Positions 13,360 to 18,088 of a stretch of DNA of 32,000 nt are shown here, in pieces (the first letter of the stretch is position 1; each line of letters starts with the position of its first letter). The stretch is taken from assembly GCA_037444445.1 (NCBI GenBank), contig JBBIMK010000008.1:37497-69496 (forward strand). Direction: 5' to 3'. The notes beneath the pieces were generated by a model, which had not been told where the DNA came from, ran no database searches, and saw only the letters and a list, made by a program, of their open reading frames with translations. The stretch comes from a bacterium. Lineage in GTDB: Bacteria; UBP7; UBA6624; JBBIMK01. A program made the translations under genes and the position numbers.

Positions 13360-15384
13360 ATGGCTTCGGGACTGGTGGTCGTTGGGCGCTATCAGTTTCT
13401 GCTGGAAAAAGAAGCCACGCCACTCACCCGGGGAAAGACATCATACATTACCGTTCGCATCTTTGATACTTATGCGAAGGCTCTGCTGAAGGGGAAGCGA
13501 GTGCTTATGGCTATCAAACTTCCTCAAGCAGCGATTCCCCCCGGCCAAATCCCGGTACCCACGCTTATACCACCTTCTTCTCAGCACTCTTCTACAGGAA
13601 TAGCAGTGGACAGTCCTGTTTCCTGGACCCCAGAGGGCAACCCGGATGTATCCGACCTACTGCCCACAGAAGAAACTGCGGAGGGAGGGCATTATCGGAT
13701 AAAATTCACTCCTGAAACTTCCGGGGTTCATCTATTGAAACTGGCACTGTTTGTGGACGATGCATCCTCACCTCTTCTAATAGAATTCCCTCTCCAGGTA
13801 AAAAACCCGGCGTTCACGCTCACACGAATCGTATTTTTTACGCTTCTCCTGCTATTCCTCACCGTTATTTCTCTGAGCGTTTTCTCTCTCCGCAGAAGAT
13901 ATGGCTCCTCCGATTCACAGTCTTTGAATCTACTGGAAATTCCATGGTTAAACCGGTTTATTCGCTGGAGATATTTTCAAACAGTTTTTCAAGTTCCCCT
14001 GCTGTTTTTGTTGATTCTCATCATCTTTGCAGGTTTATATGATGCACCTGATGGGAGCAAAAATTTCGCCACGATTCTCACCTGGACAGTGTGGTGGGCG
14101 GGGATTATCTTTACCTTCGTTCTACTGGGAAGAGTCTGGTGTTTTATGTGTCCTGTGGGAGGGCTGGCGGATTGGACGGGGAAATGGGCTCAGCCCCGTC
14201 GCCTTCTACCCAAACTCCTTCGTTCTTTGTGGATTCCCACCGTTCTATTCCTTTTTCTTACCTGGCTGGATGGAGCGGTGGGCATCGTAAACAATCCGCG
14301 CTTGACCGCCTGGGTCCTGATGTCTATTGCCGGGCTTGCAATTCTCATTTCTCTGCTGTTTGCCCGTAGGACTTTTTGCCGGTATATCTGCCCGATTGGA
14401 GGAATGATTGGGTTATATTCTATGTTTTCCCCGGTAGAGTTGAGGGTGAAATCTCATGAAATCTGTCGTTCACACAACCCGAAAACCTGCTATCTGGGTT
14501 CTCCAGATGGGGAAGGATGCCCGATGTTTGAATATCCAGCGGTGATGAATCGCAACAATTACTGTAACTTTTGCGGGGAGTGCGTCAAAACCTGCTCGCC
14601 GAACAATCTTGTCTTGAGATTTCGCCCGTTCGGGACAGACCTTTTTACTCTGGTAAATCCCCGTCTGGATGAGGCATTTTTTGCCCTTACATTAACAGGA
14701 GTAAGCCTGGTGGCGGTAGGGCATATGATTGCTCCCTGGCATTCCTGGATGCTGGGGCTTTCCAGGCTCATCGGATTGGGAAGGCTGGGTATTACCAGCG
14801 AGAAAACCTTAACTGTCATCGGTTTCACCATCACCCTGTTCAGTATATCTGTGGTGATTTTGCCTGCTCTGGTTTACGGTGCAGTGCTCTGGCTTCAAAA
14901 GTTTTCTGTGGGGCAACCCATTCTGGCCGACCGAGGGAACGACGGCAGGGCAGAAAAAGTGGCTCCACATCAAATTTTCAGCCGTTTTGCTTACGCCTTC
15001 ATTCCTGTGGGATTATCCATGCATCTGGCTCACAATATCCAGCATTTATTAACTGAAGGAGCCGTTATCATCCCCGCCACACAAAAATTCCTGAACAACT
15101 ATACTTTCTTTAATCTCGGCATTTCCAACTGGCAGGCTTATTCTTTCCCTCATTCCCCCTATATCACCTGGCTTCAAATCACACTCGTCCTCATATTTTT
15201 GCCCTTTTCTCTGCGAATACTTGATAGGGTGTGGCATCAGTATTTTTCTCCATCAGCCCGATTTCAGTGGGCAATGGCTCCCTTACTCCTTTTGGTTCTC
15301 GTTCTGGTGTGGCTGAATCTCTTCCTTATCCAGCAAGATATGTCTGCCCGGCACACAACCCTGTTGACAGCCATCGCCCGATGA
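13360..15384 (+). CDS. Membrane polyferredoxin (NapH/MauN/CcoG-like 4Fe-4S protein) with an N-terminal periplasmic beta-rich domain
   Basis: It has multiple TM helices, two CxxCP motifs at helix ends (VWCFMCPVGGLADW and TFCRYICPIGGMIG) and a ferredoxin motif (CNFCGECVKTCSP). A further Cys group is CRSHNPKTCYLGSPDGEGCP. The coordinates are from the first ATG. The in-frame upstream sequence (from 13252) encodes a signal-peptide-like KKIKKALFLYAFFTVVQPALLWAHG, so the real start is probably upstream and non-canonical. Confidence 0.75.
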   Translation: MASGLVVVGRYQFLLEKEATPLTRGKTSYITVRIFDTYAKALLKGKRVLMAIKLPQAAIPPGQIPVPTLIPPSSQHSSTGIAVDSPVSWTPEGNPDVSDLLPTEETAEGGHYRIKFTPETSGVHLLKLALFVDDASSPLLIEFPLQVKNPAFTLTRIVFFTLLLLFLTVISLSVFSLRRRYGSSDSQSLNLLEIPWLNRFIRWRYFQTVFQVPLLFLLILIIFAGLYDAPDGSKNFATILTWTVWWAGIIFTFVLLGRVWCFMCPVGGLADWTGKWAQPRRLLPKLLRSLWIPTVLFLFLTWLDGAVGIVNNPRLTAWVLMSIAGLAILISLLFARRTFCRYICPIGGMIGLYSMFSPVELRVKSHEICRSHNPKTCYLGSPDGEGCPMFEYPAVMNRNNYCNFCGECVKTCSPNNLVLRFRPFGTDLFTLVNPRLDEAFFALTLTGVSLVAVGHMIAPWHSWMLGLSRLIGLGRLGITSEKTLTVIGFTITLFSISVVILPALVYGAVLWLQKFSVGQPILADRGNDGRAEKVAPHQIFSRFAYAFIPVGLSMHLAHNIQHLLTEGAVIIPATQKFLNNYTFFNLGISNWQAYSFPHSPYITWLQITLVLIFLPFSLRILDRVWHQYFSPSARFQWAMAPLLLLVLVLVWLNLFLIQQDMSARHTTLLTAIAR

Positions 15385-15439
15385 ATAAACTGGAAATGAA
15401 TGCTTCAAAGGAAATACAGCAATGGAGAGGTGAGGTGAG

Positions 15440-15748
15440 ATGTGTAGATTCATCTGGACGGTAATTTTAGTGGTAACTCTGAGTTCAGCAGGGTTAGCCC
15501 ATACAGGAGAGAAACACGAGAAGTTGCAGGAGTCACCCCCATCTGCGGAAGTTACAACGCCAGAGAAAGAAATGAACCAGGGAGTGGAACACGAGATGAT
15601 GGAAGGAGCATCAGAAACCCGGCCTGCTCCTCAGGTGCCTTTGAATCCGGCGAGAGATGTGGTTTTGCTTGTCATATTCACCGCTGGTGGAATCTGGCTG
15701 GCGATTCGCAACTACCAGCATTTCTCTAAGGGGGCTGCTTCCCGATGA
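15440..15748 (+). CDS. Small exported/anchored protein (signal peptide, acidic His/Met-containing region, C-terminal TM)
   Basis: 102 aa with an SD (GAGGTGAGGTGAG). The N-terminal signal is FIWTVILVVTLSSAGLA followed by HTGEKHEK. The C-terminal TM is VVLLVIFTAGGIWLAI. The stop overlaps the cytochrome b start (ATGA). Confidence 0.55.
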   Translation: MCRFIWTVILVVTLSSAGLAHTGEKHEKLQESPPSAEVTTPEKEMNQGVEHEMMEGASETRPAPQVPLNPARDVVLLVIFTAGGIWLAIRNYQHFSKGAASR

Positions 15749-16740
15749 CCACCTGGCGAGAAAGATTCGGTCTTCACGCGCTGGCGTACCCGGTTCCATC
15801 ACACAGTCACCGATTAGACTATGCCCTCGGAGCTATCGCTCTCTCGGGCTTTCTGATTCTCATTCTCACGGGCATCTGGCTGGGGCTTTTATATCAGGTC
15901 GGTGCCACCAGTGCCTATGAAAGTGTGGAGGCTCTTCAGGGTCTGGACCGGTGGGTGCGAAACCTACATTACTGGTCCGCCCACTTCACCTATCTTACGG
16001 TGCTTCTTCATGTGGTTCGGGTAGGGATTACAGGGGCCTATCGCACTCCGAGAGAAGGAATCTGGTGGTTGGGAGTTTTTCTCCTCGCTACCGTCTCTGC
16101 TATATTCCTCACCGGAACCATCATCAAGTGGGACCAGGAAGGATATGAAGCCTACGCCCATCTGGAAGAAGGCTTCGCATACGCCGGACCTCTTGCCAAT
16201 TTCTTGAAAAGCAGATTTACTGGTTCTGTCGCATTTTCCTCTCTCTTCTTCACCCATACTTCCCTTCTCCCGATTTTAGTTCTTCTTCTGATTGCAGGAC
16301 ATTTACTTCTGATAAAAATCCACGGGATTTCTGAATTACCTGGCGAGACCTCTTCCACTGCACGCATTCCTTTTACGCAGGTTATGAAAACCATTTCCCT
16401 TTATACAGGTGGATTTTTTATTCTGCTGGTGATACTTGCCACTTTCCTCCCAGCCCCATTGGGGCCTAACTTCGTAGAAGGGTTTGAGGTTACTAAACCT
16501 CCGTGGCCCTTCCTCTGGATTTATGCCCTGGAGAACTGGCTTGGAATGATGGGTATGGTATGGGGACCTGCCCTGCTCTTCCTCGGATTATTGGCTATGC
16601 CACTGCTGGACCGGGGGAAAAATCGGCGAGCATGGATTACCCTATTCCTCCTTGTCCTTCTACTTCTGATTGCCCTTGGTTTATATGCTGCCCTCTCTGT
16701 TCCCGTTCCTCATCTGGAAATGCAAACAGGTGAATCCTGA
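15745..16740 (+). CDS. Cytochrome b (b6-type His spacing) with a fused subunit-IV-like C-terminal domain
   Basis: Helix B is NLHYWSAHFTYLTVLLH (H-x13-H). Helix D is FTHTSLLPILVLLLIAGH (H-x14-H, the b6/Firmicutes-type spacing). The C-terminal KPPWPFLWIYALENWLG occupies the position of the PEWY Qo motif. No Rieske or cytochrome c gene is adjacent. Confidence 0.8.
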   Translation: MTTWRERFGLHALAYPVPSHSHRLDYALGAIALSGFLILILTGIWLGLLYQVGATSAYESVEALQGLDRWVRNLHYWSAHFTYLTVLLHVVRVGITGAYRTPREGIWWLGVFLLATVSAIFLTGTIIKWDQEGYEAYAHLEEGFAYAGPLANFLKSRFTGSVAFSSLFFTHTSLLPILVLLLIAGHLLLIKIHGISELPGETSSTARIPFTQVMKTISLYTGGFFILLVILATFLPAPLGPNFVEGFEVTKPPWPFLWIYALENWLGMMGMVWGPALLFLGLLAMPLLDRGKNRRAWITLFLLVLLLLIALGLYAALSVPVPHLEMQTGES

Positions 16741-16799
16741 TGAAAGAAAACGAACCTAATGTGGAAGAAAACGAAAATCTTCAGAGGAGGTAGAGTGAA

Positions 16800-17258
16800 A
16801 TGTCACAGAAGAAAGGCTCAACCAGGGAAGCAGAGAAAGCCAGGTCTTTATCGCGAGTGATAGGGGTGACTGGTTTTCTCGCCCTGGGGCTTGGACTCTT
16901 TTTCACTGTCCGCCTATTTCTTACGGGGAAACCGGTGGAGATAAAAACCAATGGAGAAGCTCCACCTTACAGGCGAGTGGAGACACGCCCTGTTCTTCCC
17001 TCTTCTCTTTTCACTGGTGCTGTGGCAGAAGCCTATCAGGCTGCCCACGATATGCCCGATTTCATTGACCAGTTTTACTGCTACTGCCAGTGCAAGGAAT
17101 ATCACGGGCACAAAACTCTTCTTACCTGTTTTACTGATAAGCACGCCGCTAATTGCGACATTTGTTTATATCAAGCCCTCACTGCTGTCCAGATGAGCAA
17201 AGAAGGAAAGTCTGCGGATGCCATTCGCCATTTCTTCTCCTCCCGTTTCGCCCAGTAA
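16800..17258 (+). CDS. Membrane-anchored CYCxC-motif (PCYCGC-like) Cys/His-rich protein, putative metal-binding
   Basis: The N-terminal TM anchor is VIGVTGFLALGLGLFFTV. The extracytoplasmic domain contains FYCYCQCKEYHGHKTLLTCFTDKHAANCDICLYQAL. As I recall, this resembles the PCYCGC/CYCXC family of unknown function. The SD AGAGGAGG lies 8 nt upstream of the start. Confidence 0.7.
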   Translation: MSQKKGSTREAEKARSLSRVIGVTGFLALGLGLFFTVRLFLTGKPVEIKTNGEAPPYRRVETRPVLPSSLFTGAVAEAYQAAHDMPDFIDQFYCYCQCKEYHGHKTLLTCFTDKHAANCDICLYQALTAVQMSKEGKSADAIRHFFSSRFAQ

Positions 17259-17517
17259 ACCCGGTCCCTGACCCTGGCTCATAGTAATGGTTTCTAAGAA
17301 GATGGACAGCCACCCCTCTGGCTTCTAACTTGTTCAACAGGAAATATCACAGGATGAGTTGATGCGAAATCCTGTTTATGCCGTGACTTTTTAATGTGCT
17401 CTCAATTACTATTTTTAGTTTTCTGATTAGAGAAAGACTCCGCTGAGAAAATTTTATGGATGGGTGTTCTCTGACTTCGGCACCGCTGTTCCGGCGCAAG
17501 CCTTACCACCCTCACTT

Positions 17518-17967
17518 TCACCGGAATAAAACGGGGAGTTCAATGTAAGTGCCGGGAGGGATTCCAAAGGACCAAATTTGAGTGTTGGGAGCACCCGTAA
17601 AATACTGGCGAATCAAACAAATAGGCACAGCATGGGTGACGACGCAGATGGTGCCTTCCGGATTTTGTCGGAGGATACGCCATAGAGAAGACAGGACTCT
17701 TTTACGGATATGGCGGAAAGGTTCACCGTGTGGAGGTGAAAGGTGTTCCGGGTTTTCCCGCCAGCGTGCGAGCCAGTGAGAATAACGGCGTTGGACTTCT
17801 TCCTGGGTCAGCCCTTCCAGTTTGCCCTGATAAATTTCCCTTAACCCCGGAGCCAGGCGAATCGCCAGATGAAGCCTCTGTGAAATGTATTCTGCTGTTT
17901 CAACCGCTCTTTTAAGCGGGCTGGAATACAGACAGCGTATGGATTTTTTAGTGAGTTCCTCTGCCAT
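17518..17967 (-). CDS. Histidine phosphatase (phosphoglycerate-mutase-like) family protein; candidate glucosyl-3-phosphoglycerate phosphatase
   Basis: The ORF from the first ATG contains SSPLKRAVETAE, EGLTQEE and VVTHA. The catalytic N-terminal motif [29 protein letters not shown] is encoded in frame upstream (to about 18072) but without an ATG, GTG or TTG. The real CDS is therefore probably about 17518..18072. Confidence 0.75.
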   Translation of the reverse strand: MAEELTKKSIRCLYSSPLKRAVETAEYISQRLHLAIRLAPGLREIYQGKLEGLTQEEVQRRYSHWLARWRENPEHLSPPHGEPFRHIRKRVLSSLWRILRQNPEGTICVVTHAVPICLIRQYFTGAPNTQIWSFGIPPGTYIELPVLFR

Positions 17968-18088
17968 CAGATAGGCTTGTTGCCTTCCTTGTTCGGTGAG
18001 AGGGATGTCCGTTTGCCCCTGGAATCTCCTCTCACGGTTGTATTGGGTTTCTCCGTGCCGAACGAGGAGCAGTTTATTCGCTTTCCAC

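Noticed and set aside
16739-16792. 17-codon ORF MKENEPNVEENENLQRR after cytochrome b, considered as a real micro-protein or a decayed YHS gene 5' end.
   Set aside because: It is too short and too low in complexity to support. Its resemblance to the YHS gene start (MKFFDPVCNV) beyond the shared ATGAAA is weak. I mention it only as part of the direct-repeat finding.
16800-17258. Selenocysteine recoding in the CYCxC-family protein.
   Set aside because: All motif positions are TGC/TGT codons, there is no in-frame TGA, and I saw no obvious downstream SECIS-like hairpin.
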